64,000 bases of DNA from Octopus sinensis (Eukaryota). The position numbers and the translations under genes were made by a program. The notes under the pieces are model-generated. The model saw nothing but the letters and a program-made list of their open reading frames with translations. It ran no database searches and was not told where the DNA came from. The stretch spans positions 1 to 64,000 of the forward strand of contig NC_043023.1 of the NCBI RefSeq assembly GCF_006345805.1. Direction: 5' to 3'. Each line of letters opens with the position of its first letter. Position 1 is the stretch's first letter. Shown in pieces: positions 25,957 through 39,129 of this stretch.

Positions 25957-26041
<85 letters not shown>

Positions 26042-26059
26042 CTAATAATAATAATAATG

Positions 26060-26093
<34 letters not shown>

Positions 26094-26110
26094 TAATAAT
26101 AATAATAATG

Positions 26111-26150
<40 letters not shown>

Positions 26151-26167
26151 TAATAATAATAATAATG

Positions 26168-26232
<65 letters not shown>
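25957..26232. repeat. (AAT)n/(GAT)n microsatellite
   Basis: Direct inspection. Confidence 0.95.
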
Positions 26233-26487
26233 AGTAAGTAAAAGATATTAATAAATCCAGGCAGATATCTATACAGCATTCAATGTTAAAGGAATTTGGT
26301 TAACTATATCAAACAATCAGGTACCAATAAATTCAAGTAAAATAAACATCCAAGGTAATTCTTCATGTATGGCAAGTAAATCTAAATATTGCTCTGAAGA
26401 ATTTCAAGAAAATTGGAGTATAAGGCAACAAGAATGAGAATATGGAAGAAAATTACATCTTTCATTGGTGATACATCATACAATGCC

Positions 26488-26570
<83 letters not shown>

Positions 26571-26769
26571 AAGTTAATCCAAACATGAAAACGCAAAGAG
26601 AAAACAACAACGCGAGGACGTGGAACAAATATAGATTATTGGACGCTCAGGAAGGAAGGGAAGAAGGAGGGTTTAACGTTCGAGCGGAGCCTTCGTCAGA
26701 AACATAGGAAAAGGAAAGATCCAGAGAAGGGAAGATGGATGGAAAAAAATCGCCAACGGTACACACGCG

Positions 26770-26773
<4 letters not shown>
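26571..26773 (-). mobile_element. ~200-bp (TA)n-flanked element with a minimal hammerhead-like motif at 26671-26703
   Basis: gttt CTGACGA aggctccgctc GAA cgTT aaac; one A of GAAA is missing; (TA)n on both sides. Confidence 0.65.
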
Positions 26774-26803
<30 letters not shown>

Positions 26804-26810
26804 TAGATAG

Positions 26811-26853
<43 letters not shown>

Positions 26854-27389
26854 GCGCAGGCGTGGCTGTGAGGTAAGATGCTTGTTTCCTAAACACATGG
26901 TTCCGGGTTCAGCTATAGCTTCAGGTTGAAAGACGCCCATCGTATATATATGCGCGTGTGTGTGGTGTGTGTGTGTGTGTGTTCATCGCTTGACAATCGA
27001 TATTGGTATGTTTATGTCTTCGTAACTTAGCGGTTTGACAAAGAGAACGATAGAAGTACTAGGCTTACAAAGAATATGTCCTGGGGTCGATTTCTTTGAC
27101 TACAGCCCTTTAAGGCGGTGCTCTTGCATGGCTGCTGTTGACTGAAGCAAGTAAAAGAATAAAGAATAAAAGAATATCTCGAGTATTTTTAGACTTGGCT
27201 GGCCCGACCCACACCAGGTCTGGCTCCATCTGTGTCTTCCAGAAAGGGAGACAGACACAGAGTCAAACAAACGCACAGAAAGAGAGAAAGAGATCAATCT
27301 CAGTACACGACTGATACTTTATGTATCGACCCCAAACAGATGAAAGGCAAATTTTTACCTAGGCGGCATTTGAACTCAGAACGCATACA

Positions 27390-27800
27390 ACCGCAGGAGT
27401 GGCTGTGTAGTAAGTAGCTTATTTACCAGCCACATGGTTCCGGGTTCAGTCTCACTGCATGGCACCTTGGGCAAATGTCTTCTACTATAGCCTTGGGCCG
27501 ACCAAAGCCTTGTGAGTGGATTTGGTAGGCGGAAACTGAAAGAAGCCCGTCGTATATATGTATATATATATGTGTATGTATATGTGTGTGTATGTTTGTG
27601 TGTCTGTGTTTGTCCGACCAACACCGCTTGACAACCGATGCTGGTGTGTTTACGTCCCCGTAACCTAGCGGTTCAGTAAAAGTGACCGATAGAATAAGTA
27701 CTAGGCTTACAAAGAATAAGTCGTGTGGTCGATTTGATCGACTAAAGGCGGTGCTCCAGCATGGCCACAGTCAAATAACAGAAACAAGTAAAAGAGTAAC
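27390..27800 (+). mobile_element. SINE family A (another internally deleted copy at 26853-27170; partial minus copy at 21850-22005)
   Basis: Near-full-length match to the other family A copies. Confidence 0.85.
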
Positions 27801-28157
27801 CGAAACGAGCCTGCATCGATGAATAAACTGCTTTCTAACTACAAACAGTAGCTGGCTTAGCCTGCAAACAATGAACTCTGACATCTATTAGTCAAGCGGA
27901 ATGTTAGGTCCAGATTGGAGCAGACGATAGATAAATCGGAAACTAGATACGATAGACACGACACAAGGATGTAGGAAGACTTAATAATGGAAGAAGGAAG
28001 ACTAAGGAAGGAGACATTTAGATGTTTTTGGACAATTATTGCTGCATCATTTTAATGGAGACAATAAAATAATAATAATAATACAAAAATAATACTCCCG
28101 TTAAATTAGAAGACTTGTCACGGAAAATATACATACATATAAACATATATATGGTTG

Positions 28158-28189
<32 letters not shown>

Positions 28190-28196
28190 CTACATA

Positions 28197-28241
<45 letters not shown>

Positions 28242-28361
28242 CATATAACATATATATATGTATATATATATTATTATATTATATATATATATATATATGT
28301 TATATATGTTTATATGTATGTATATATATTATATATATTTCTATATATATATATATTTATC

Positions 28362-28393
<32 letters not shown>

Positions 28394-28442
28394 ATATATA
28401 TATTATATATATATATACATACAATAAACATATATATGTAAT

Positions 28443-28476
<34 letters not shown>

Positions 28477-28686
28477 GGGGAAGAGAGAGAAGAAAGGGGA
28501 GGAAGAGAAAGACACACATATATCTGTGAGCATGCATGTATGTGTATGTATGTTTACATATATGTACCTTTATACATCAACACAATATATATATATGCGT
28601 GTGATGTATAAAGGTTACATATATGTTAAACATACATACACATACATGCATGCTCAAGATATATGTGTGTCTTTCTGTGAGTGTGT

Positions 28687-28718
<32 letters not shown>

Positions 28719-28738
28719 ACATACACACACACACCCAT

Positions 28739-28789
<51 letters not shown>

Positions 28790-28840
28790 TGCGCACATAC
28801 ATATATACATACATATGAAACCTTTAGATTCTACATATTG

Positions 28841-28898
<58 letters not shown>

Positions 28899-29489
28899 GA
28901 ATGACGATGGTGTGTGTGTACGTGCGCGCGTATGTGTGTGTATTATATGCATTCACAGATACACACAGTTACGCAAATACGCACAAACATGCAAACGTGT
29001 GTGTGTGAGTGCGTGTGTGAGTTAGTGACTTGTGTCTTTTGCGAGTGTATATGTGTGTGCCTTTCTGTCTGTGTGTCGATTTTCCTGTCATTTATAGATG
29101 TTTAATAACAATTTGTCATACATGTCAAGTGAAATAACACGAACAACAACAACAACAAAACAAAAACAACGTAAATATCTCAACTTAACATGCTAGAAAT
29201 AACAGTCAGATCTTCCTCGAATCATCCCCGGTTAGATATTAATAAATATTGGCTTCAAATTTTGGCAAAAGGCCAGCACTTTCGGGGGAGGTACTAGGTC
29301 TGTTACCTCGACCCCAGTGCTCAGCTGGTACTTATTTTATCGACCTCGAAATGATGAAAGGTATAGTCGACCTCAGCAGAATTTGAACTTAGAATGTACA
29401 AACAGACGAAATGCCACTAAGCATTTTTCCCGGTCTGCTAATAATTCTGCCTGATCGCCACTTTAGCTACGAATAATTATTGATTGGTT

Positions 29490-29900
29490 GAGTCTTAGAT
29501 TGACAGTTTCTGGACACAAAATGGAATGGTCACGGCTGGAATATTTTAACCATAAGCCTCCTGGAACAGGACTGACTTGGGACCAAAGAACTGCAACAAC
29601 AACTATGACAGTTAACTGCCACACTGCGCATGAGATAATGTAGTCCTAGATACACTATGGCTGAATAAAACATGGGATGGTCATAATTAGAACATCTTTG
29701 ATTATAGGTTTGTCTGGATCAGAACTGACCTGGGGTTAAACGACAACAACTATAACAATTCATACTGACTACTATACCATGTAGAAGATAATGTAGTCCT
29801 CGATATACTATGTCTAAATAAAAGATGGGATGGTCACGGTTAGAGCATGTTTGATGAAAGGTCTACAGGATCGCGACTGTACTGGGGTTAAACAGCAACT
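29490..29900 (+). repeat. Degenerate ~150-bp tandem repeat (further copies 30680-30895)
   Basis: gataatgtagtcct at 29634 and 29787; each unit ends tgacctggggttaaacaacaac-like. Confidence 0.75.
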
Positions 29901-29984
29901 ATAGCCGCTTATACGCTTTACAATAAATATGTCAAATATACAGAAATGAGAATTTAACAGAGTAATTTATATGGAGTAACTTTA

Positions 29985-30240
29985 CATTAAGGAGTGAAAC
30001 GTGCAATTTCCTGTAATTCAGACCGCCTCATGGCCCCTGTGGACAAAATGGAAAAGGCGTTGCCACGGAGGACGGCGAGGGAGATGCGCTGGAACAGCCA
30101 CTCTGACACTCGGGGTTCACACTTGTGGATAACGAAGTCCGTTCCGGTAGCGGTGAGCAGGAATATGGCCCGGGGGCCGAGAACGCCGGAGGTCTCCACT
30201 GCCACAGCCTCGACCAGAAACCTGTTAGAGAGTGACAAAT
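29985..30240 (-). mobile_element. 3' end of a CRE-clade non-LTR retrotransposon (RLE C-terminus)
   Basis: AVETSGVLGPRA...WLFQRISLAVLRGNAFSIL matches the CRE 'ETxGxxG...QRxSxAxQRGNA' signature. Confidence 0.75.
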
Positions 30241-30900
30241 ACTAATATGCTATATTTTAGGTAATGTAGTCCTGAGTACTAGCAACCCCTTAGGTCTTCC
30301 GTGCCAGGAAGATGGACAGCAACAAGCCGGAGGAGTCCTAGACCAACGGCTTGAAGGTTAGTGCGGCCAAGCAGAAGATCAGTACCATAAGACACGGGTT
30401 GGGCGTCAATTAGCAGGTGGTCTGTTACTGCAGAGCAGCCCCATCGTCAACCATGCTCGTTGTGCTCTAGTATATCACTTGGTATCTGGTGTGGAGGCCC
30501 AGAGGAGCAGTCTGCGTTTTGTTCAGAGAAGTGGGAAGCCTTGTGGCGATGAAATAAATGTAACGGTTGTAAGGGCACGTCCCTGGTAGCTGCTAGCAAG
30601 AGCTCTGCACATTGGCGGCTCGGGCGGCCCGCTACCAATGTCTGATTAGAAGATACGACAGCCGCAAGTGGAACATCTATGATCATAGATATACTGGATT
30701 CGAATTGACCTGGGGCTAAACAACTACAACGACTCTAGCCACTAATATTAACTAATAGTATACTATGTGTACATTAGATGATATAGTCCTAGGTACACTA
30801 TGTCTGAATAAAAGATACCATTGTTATGGGTGGAATATATCTATGATTATATACCTGTTGGATCAGGACTCACCTAGGGCTAAACAACAGCAACAACAAT

Positions 30901-31118
30901 ATTCTTTTCTACTCTAGGTACAAGGCCCGAATTTTTTGGGGGAGGGAGCCAGTCGATTAGATCGACCCCAGTACGCAACTGATACTTATTTAATCGACCT
31001 CGAAAGGATGAAAGGCAAAGTCGACCTCGGCGGAATTTGAACTCAGAGCGTAATGGCAGACGAAATACAGCTACGCATTTCGCCCGGCGTGCTAACGATT
31101 CTGCCAGCTCGCCGCCTT
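30901..31118 (-). mobile_element. SINE family B in an (AAC)n tract
   Basis: Same head and centre as 7554-7789; other copies at 29250-29465, 32060-32300, 46260-46450, 48790-48920 and 50325-50530. Confidence 0.85.
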
Positions 31119-31380
31119 AACAACAACAACAACAACAATAGGAATAACAACGTTGTTGTTGTCAATCATTGAGATTGTCATCGCAGAGAAATCAGAAAGA
31201 GGTCAAGCCAATTTGGCTAAGTCTGAGGTCACGATTATTTAACGAGCGAAGGTCACTTCAGCGTGACCTTCGTTCTGTGTAAGTGTGTGAGTGTATCTAT
31301 ATGTGTGTGTGTGTGTGTGTGTGTTTTCTTTATTTCGTTCGAAACTTTCGTTTCAAAGATGTCAAACAACAAACTGTACT

Positions 31381-31465
<85 letters not shown>

Positions 31466-31646
31466 CTCTCTCTTACTCTCTCTCAAACACCCACTCAACC
31501 ATACATACAATGCCCACACGCACGTCACACACACACACACACAAACCCTAAACCACTCAAACACGCACACATATATACAGGCACACACGCAAACACAGAC
31601 ACACACACTTCCTTAGTTCTCAACGGAAGATATGACAGTCATTAAC

Positions 31647-31698
<52 letters not shown>

Positions 31699-32953
31699 TG
31701 TTGTTGTTGTTGCTGACGATGTTTGCTTCTGGCTGTGTGCCACGCTTTTTCCATCATACTACAAGTCTTACACAAATTATTGTCTCTTTGCCCTTTGAGC
31801 TTTCCTTTTTCTCATTTTTAGATTTCTTTTCTTTTTTTGTTGTTGTTTTTGTAACGAAACGAGGGTGGAGCGGGCAAGGGAACATCTGCCTCGGTAATAC
31901 TATGATGGGGGCGGCGCTTTTGGTTCTGCTATATAACCCGGTAGGGACTTGGGAAAGCGGCACACTCAAGGTCATGTGGGAGAGCGACAAACTCAAGGAT
32001 TGCCCCAGCAAGAATCCACTGGCATTTGCATGCTAAAACAAAACCAACCGTTACTGATTAAAGTTTCAAAGTTTGGCAGAAGGCCAACAATTTCGAAAGA
32101 ATGAAAGGTAAAGTCGAACTTGGCATAACTTGAACTCAGAATGTAGTGACGGACGAAATGCTGCTAAGCATTTTACATGGGGTGCTAACGATTCTGCCAG
32201 CTCACTGCCTTAGGTCGCCTTCGGTGGAATTGGAGCTCAGAATGTAAAGACGGACGAAATACCGCTGTGAATTTTGCTCGATTCTGTCAATTCATTGCCT
32301 TAACCGTAACTGATATAAAAAATGAAAAAAACGTTCAGTGTCGTGAGTAACAGCTGGCTGAATAAAAATCATTAGAAGATAGGCACGGCAGTTGAAACTA
32401 GCTCAAGGTGGCTATGATTGATAAAAGTCCGCAAGTGGAACGCTTCTGTAGGTGAAAACTAGTTCAGTCTTCGCTGCCCCACCCAGGCGAAGCATACAGA
32501 GTGAGATGCGAAACGTTTGTGATCTTGAGATACCCGACGACGATGCGAAAGGTTTCCAGTACTTTAATGGATTTAGAAGAGTTTGCAAAACTTATGTGTA
32601 TCTCGTGCGGTTTTTACGTGGGATAGAGCAGCTCTGATGGGTTTTATTTTTCACCTTAGTTGTAGCAAACGAAGCTCAAAGCGGCAGAAGCACGCATTTA
32701 GCAATGCCACTACCACTGCTGGACGATTTCCGTCTGCTTCTAATTGCAGCTCAGCGATGTATTTGCTTTAAGTATGATACGTAGATTGCTATTTTGACGT
32801 AATATTGCTTCTGTCGCTAATAACGAATATATATAAGTACATATAACAGAAGAGCATCGCACCTGAACGTCCTTTACATCCTCAATAAAACCTACCTACG
32901 CACACAAACCTTATCAATCCAACTATATCTCTTCTCCGTTTCTCACATATATA

Positions 32954-33183
32954 TTTCTTTATTGCCCACAAGGGGCTAAACGTAGAGGGGACAAACAAAG
33001 ACAGACAAAGTGATTAAGTCGATTACATCGACCCCAGTGCGTAACTGGTACTTAATTTATCGACCCCGAAAGTATGAAAGGCAAAGTCGACCTCGGCGGA
33101 ATTTGAACTCAGAACGTAACGGCAGCCGAAATACTGCTAGGCATTCCGGCTGGCGTGCTAACGTTTCTGCCAGCTCGCCGCCT
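32954..33183 (-). mobile_element. SINE family B with 19-bp TSD
   Basis: TSD tccgtttctcacatatata at 32935-32953 and 33184-33202. Confidence 0.88.
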
Positions 33184-33849
33184 TCCGTTTCTCACATATA
33201 TAGCTACCACAACCACTTGGTAAGTAATCCCTCAGACCACCTTCCAATTACCATCACTACGCACTTACAGATCAATGAAGAAAACAAAATAATTTTACAA
33301 ATTTCTACCCCACCAAAATAAAGCTTCAATTGAGATGAAGCAGATACCATCCATCCAACCATCCAACCATCCATCCATCTTTGCCCACTATTCAAGGGAG
33401 ACTTGTAGGAATAGAGTCCTCAGGCACATTTCATTCCTCGTTGCTCTTGTCCATTCAGCTGTAAATGGGTGACCCTGTAACGGACTGGCGTCCGTGTCGG
33501 TGGTAGTGATAGCAGGGAAATTTTGTGGTCTCAATCAGAAATCGATTAACCGACCCCGTGACTCGAGACAGTAATGTCCAGGCTGGAGTAGCGTCTTAAA
33601 ATGTGCTGCCTGGTTCAGGAATTGAACTCAGAACCTCATGATTGAGAGTCCGACACGTTAACGAATAGGCCATGCGTTCCAGAAATAGCAACCACAAACA
33701 CAACAGAAATAAAAACTCTTAATCAATCAACTAAAACAAAAAAAAGTTTTAAAAAAATTAAAACATACACAAAAAACCCCAGGAAACTGGCAAACATTTG
33801 TATCCAACACAAACCACAAATCAAACACTCTGCAGAGTAATTGGCAGGA

Positions 33850-34139
33850 ATACCATTAACATCATCATAATATTCATAATCAATATCATTATCGTTATCA
33901 TTGCCTTCACCTCATTGCCACCATCATCATAATCATCACGATCCTTATCATCATCGCCATCTTCACCTGCACCATCATCTTCACCACCATCACCATCATA
34001 ATCATCACAATCATCATGATCATTTATCATCATTGCCATCATCATGATAATCATCACCGGCACCATCATCATCATCACCACCACCATCATCTTCACCATT
34101 ACTGCCGCAGCCAGCACAATCACTACCACCACCACCATC

Positions 34140-34179
<40 letters not shown>

Positions 34180-34197
34180 TTCATCTTCATTATCATC
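33850..34197. repeat. Degenerate (CAT)n/(CAC)n microsatellite
   Basis: Direct inspection. Confidence 0.9.
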
Positions 34198-34621
34198 AAG
34201 AAGTAGAATAACAACAAAGGCCACGCCGCGCATCCCCACGCACAAATAATGACTTCAAACACCAAAAGCACACAGCAACACCAAGCAAACGCCCTTATCA
34301 GACATTTTCAAAAAAATCATTGGCGTCAGAAGGGGTGGCAGATATATGTAGTGAAGGGAAGAGGAGAATGGACTGCACTGGTTGACACTATCAGAGGGGA
34401 CTGACACCAAAATGCCTATCTACAAAATTGTTGTGAAGTGTTTCAAATGAACTTATTTACATATATTTATATTTCAAGCATAGCTGTGTGGTAAGACGTT
34501 AGCTTCCCAGCAACTTGGTTCCAGGTTCAGTCCCACTGAACTACTTCTACCGTAGTCCCAAGCCGACCACAGCTTTGTAAGTGGATTTGGTAGACGGAAA
34601 GGTAAAGAAACATATATATAT

Positions 34622-35025
34622 AGGCGCAGGAGTGGCTGTGTGGTAAGTAGCTGTTTACCAACCACATGGTTCCGGGTTCAGTCCCACTGAGTGGCACCTT
34701 AGGCAAGTGTCTTCTGCTATAGCCTCGGGCCGACCAAAGCCTTGTGAGTGGATTTGGTAGACGGAAACTGAAAGAAGCATGTCGTATATATGTATATATA
34801 TATATGCGTGTGTGTGTATGTTTGTGTGTCTGTGTTTGTCCCCCCAACATCGTTTGACAACCGATGCTGGTGTGTTTATGTCCCCGTCACTTAGTGGTTC
34901 GGCAAATGTGACCGTTAGAATAAGTACTGGGCTTACAAAAGAATAAGTCCCGGAGTCGAGTTGTTCGATTAAAGGCGGTGCTCCAGCATGGCCGTAGTCA
35001 AATGACTGAAACAAGTAAAAGAGAG
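34622..35025 (+). mobile_element. SINE family A, full length
   Basis: Complete ggcgcaggagtggctgtgtggtaag...gactgaaacaagtaaaagag. Confidence 0.9.
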
Positions 35026-35405
35026 AGAGAGTATATGTGTGTGTGTTTCAAGTGAGGGTGGATAAGTATATACATAAAGGCGCATTTACGTGGGTATGCG
35101 GGCGCGCATATGTATGTATGGACATGCGCGCTTACTATGAACATTTTTACTCCCTTACTTTTACTCCCTCCTCTTACTTAGCAGTTATTCAAATAGCTCT
35201 TTTGTCTTAAGTGTCATTTTCATAGCCTTTTTTTCGATGGCCCGATACCTGAAGAGATGCCGGCGTGGGTTTCCGCCCCGACATTCGAAACTCGGAGTTT
35301 TACCATGGCTACCGAATAATTGTCACATATTATATTTACAGATAAATTCCTCTATTTACATAATATCGAGGTCTCTTCATTCTTTTGTTGTCTTGCCATT
35401 TCTAT

Positions 35406-35408
<3 letters not shown>

Positions 35409-35480
<72 letters not shown>

Positions 35481-35491
35481 CATATATATAC

Positions 35492-35572
<81 letters not shown>

Positions 35573-35587
35573 CATATATATATATAC

Positions 35588-35652
<65 letters not shown>

Positions 35653-35660
35653 TATATACA

Positions 35661-35698
<38 letters not shown>

Positions 35699-35737
35699 CA
35701 TACATATATATACATATATATATACATATATATATAC

Positions 35738-35812
<75 letters not shown>
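35409..35812. repeat. (TA)n microsatellite
   Basis: Direct inspection. Confidence 0.95.
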
Positions 35813-35814
<2 letters not shown>

Positions 35815-37008
35815 CCCTAACTCTAACCCTAAATTTAAAATAGATTGAAATGCAATAGATCGATACTAGGGCCATAATTATGGGTGACAATTTCATTTGA
35901 CACCGCTAGAAAAAAATCCCATTTTCCGTAGCGGTGCAAAATACTGGGACTGATTCTTCAGTCTTCGTCATTCTCTCTCTCACTCCTCTGTGTCTCTCTT
36001 GGATTTGGTTAGGTTGTGGTGTGAGAAATTTCGCAGGGCTATAGTATTGGCATACCAGCATTCCGTCGGTTCGACGACGGGGGTTCCAATTCATCCGATC
36101 GATGGAACAGCCTGCTCGTGAAATTAGCGTGGAAGTGGCTGACCACGCCACAGACACGTAGTTCTCAATGAGATTCAGCATGACATAGAGTGTGACGAAG
36201 CTGGCCCCTTGGAATACAGATACAACTGTATATTTTCTAAGATAACTACAGAAACGTTTAAGGTCTTGCGGTGGAAACGTATGATAATAGAAATTAATAA
36301 AGAGTGATTACATTTACTCATCATCTGTTTATACATTTTGTACAATTTCTCCATTACATACATACATGCATACATAGTTTCTCTAATCTGAACTCTCTTT
36401 TTTTCGTCGAGTTTCACGGTACAGCGATCACCAGGCGTGAACTGTCATTCAGTGTAGCTGTACAGTGATCTCCATCGGCATGGGCTTGTTATTTTGTCTC
36501 TATTCTTGTTTCTATTGGTTATTTCCGTGTGTTCTTTACACTATGACGTTGCTTGAGGTTGTTTATTTCATTGGTTTGTTTATCTTATAATGTTGTTTTA
36601 TTTAATTAGGGTCGTTTCCTGAAGTTTTCGCCATTCTATTGGTTCCTTATAATTTGTGTGTCTTTGTTTTTGTAGTTTTATTTTTGTAAACATATTTGTC
36701 GAAATTATTTTGTTGTTTTGCGTGTTTCCTCTTTATTAATTTCATTTGTTTCTTTCATGACTGTAATTATGTTGAGTTGTTGAGCACATTTCCTGTTTTT
36801 CAGTTAGATATGTTTTAGTTGTTGACTAGCTTTGTACAGAAAGACATGTTTCTTACGGTTCGTTGGCCATACATCCTGTTTTTCTTTTTCATGGTCTAGT
36901 GATTTTGGTAGTTATCATTTTTCTGTTCGTTGATCATACATCCTGTTTTTTTTTTGCTTTTATAGGTTGGTTGAGTTTTTCCTGCATATATGTGCGTGTA
37001 TATATATA

Positions 37009-37070
<62 letters not shown>

Positions 37071-37144
37071 TCACACACATACATTTATACATACATATAG
37101 ATATACATATAGACATACATTCATACATACACATATAAATACGT

Positions 37145-37977
<833 letters not shown>

Positions 37978-38311
37978 AAATAAATAAATAAATAAAATTA
38001 AAATCCAATAAAGTGACGGATCCTGAACAAATGACAATAACCAGATAGCTGCATTCATTCATACATACGTACATACACTTACATACATTTATACACGCAT
38101 ACATTCCTATATACATATATATTTACACACACGCGCGCATATATATGTGCACGCACACACACATACCATTTCTTGTAACTCAGTCCGCATCACCAAAACA
38201 TTTTTTAACATCATCAAAACAGTACAGTTCTATATTTGAGAGATGAGGAATTATGTACATTATTTACATTATTTACATTTGACTGAAATTTGTCATCTTG
38301 TTTGTTAGTAA

Positions 38312-38832
38312 AGACTAGAAAGGGTATGGCCTGGTCAGCCTGTAATGACATGCATAAGATCTGGTCATCAAATCTAAGTAGAGACTTCAAACTTGAAATA
38401 TTCAAAGCCACAGTCGAACCAATCCTACTATATGGCTCAGAAACCTGGACGTTATCAAAGAAGCTTGAGAGGCGGTTGGATGGAACCTACACTCGCCTCC
38501 TTATGAGAGCTCAAAATCTCTCGTGGAGGCGCCATCCAACCAAAATGCAAATATATGGGAAATTACCACCTGTGTCATCTCTTGTGAAAGGTAGGAGAGT
38601 CCAGTTGCTGGACATTGTTGTAGAGCTGAAAAAGAAGTAATTTCTACTCTTCTCCTCTGGAAGCCATCTACTCGCAACACCAGAGGGCGCACAGTCTCCT
38701 ACCCTGATGTAATCTCCAGGGATACAGGCATCCAGCAACAGGACCTCCGTAATGCTATGATGGACCGTGAAGTCTGGCGCAACATAGTAAATTCCATTGT
38801 CTCGACCACGGTCGAACAATGATGATGATGAG
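38312..38832 (+). mobile_element. 5'-truncated RTE-group LINE with (TGA)n tail and 9-bp TSD
   Basis: KLEIFKATVEPILLYGSETWTL...LDGTYTRLL; AMMDREVWR C-terminus; TSD tgttagtaa at 38303-38311 and 38833-38841. Confidence 0.9.
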
Positions 38833-38840
38833 TGTTAGTA

Positions 38841-38884
38841 ACACAACGTTTCGACTGATGTACTCTCCAGCCTTCATCAGGTGT
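38841..38884 (-). ncRNA. Minimal PLE-type hammerhead ribozyme
   Basis: acac CUGAUGA a ggcug gagaguacau caguc GAAA cg UU gugu; stem III formed by the palindrome AACGUU. Confidence 0.8.
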
Positions 38885-38955
38885 GCTGGGGGAATTTCGA
38901 ACCTGGGTTCTCATTCCTAAAGTATTTTCCGGATGTTGTTGTTGTTATTATTATA

Positions 38956-39013
<58 letters not shown>

Positions 39014-39129
39014 TCACTACTTGGAGTGAAACTCGGAATCTCGGGATTAATAGCCCGCGATCTTAACCACTACGCCATATGCCCACAGGCATATCAGTCA
39101 GATGTAAATAATGCAAATATTGTATCATC

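Larger units (their letters stand above)
38220..39090 (-). mobile_element. tRNA-headed SINE carrying a hammerhead ribozyme, interrupted by an RTE insertion
   Basis: Head 39084-39010 with A box TGGCGTAGTGG and degenerate B box gagtttcactcc; then (AAT)n; HHR 38884-38841; resumes at 38311 and ends in tgtaaataa repeats. Confidence 0.7.

Noticed and set aside
32478-32560. CAGGCGA-gcat/atgc-GAAA-cgTT and CCGACGA…GAAA motifs
   Set aside because: Two core mismatches in the first and no stems in the second; compatible with chance
35813-35832. taaccctaactctaaccctaa telomere-like repeat
   Set aside because: Only ~3 units; common inside dispersed repeats
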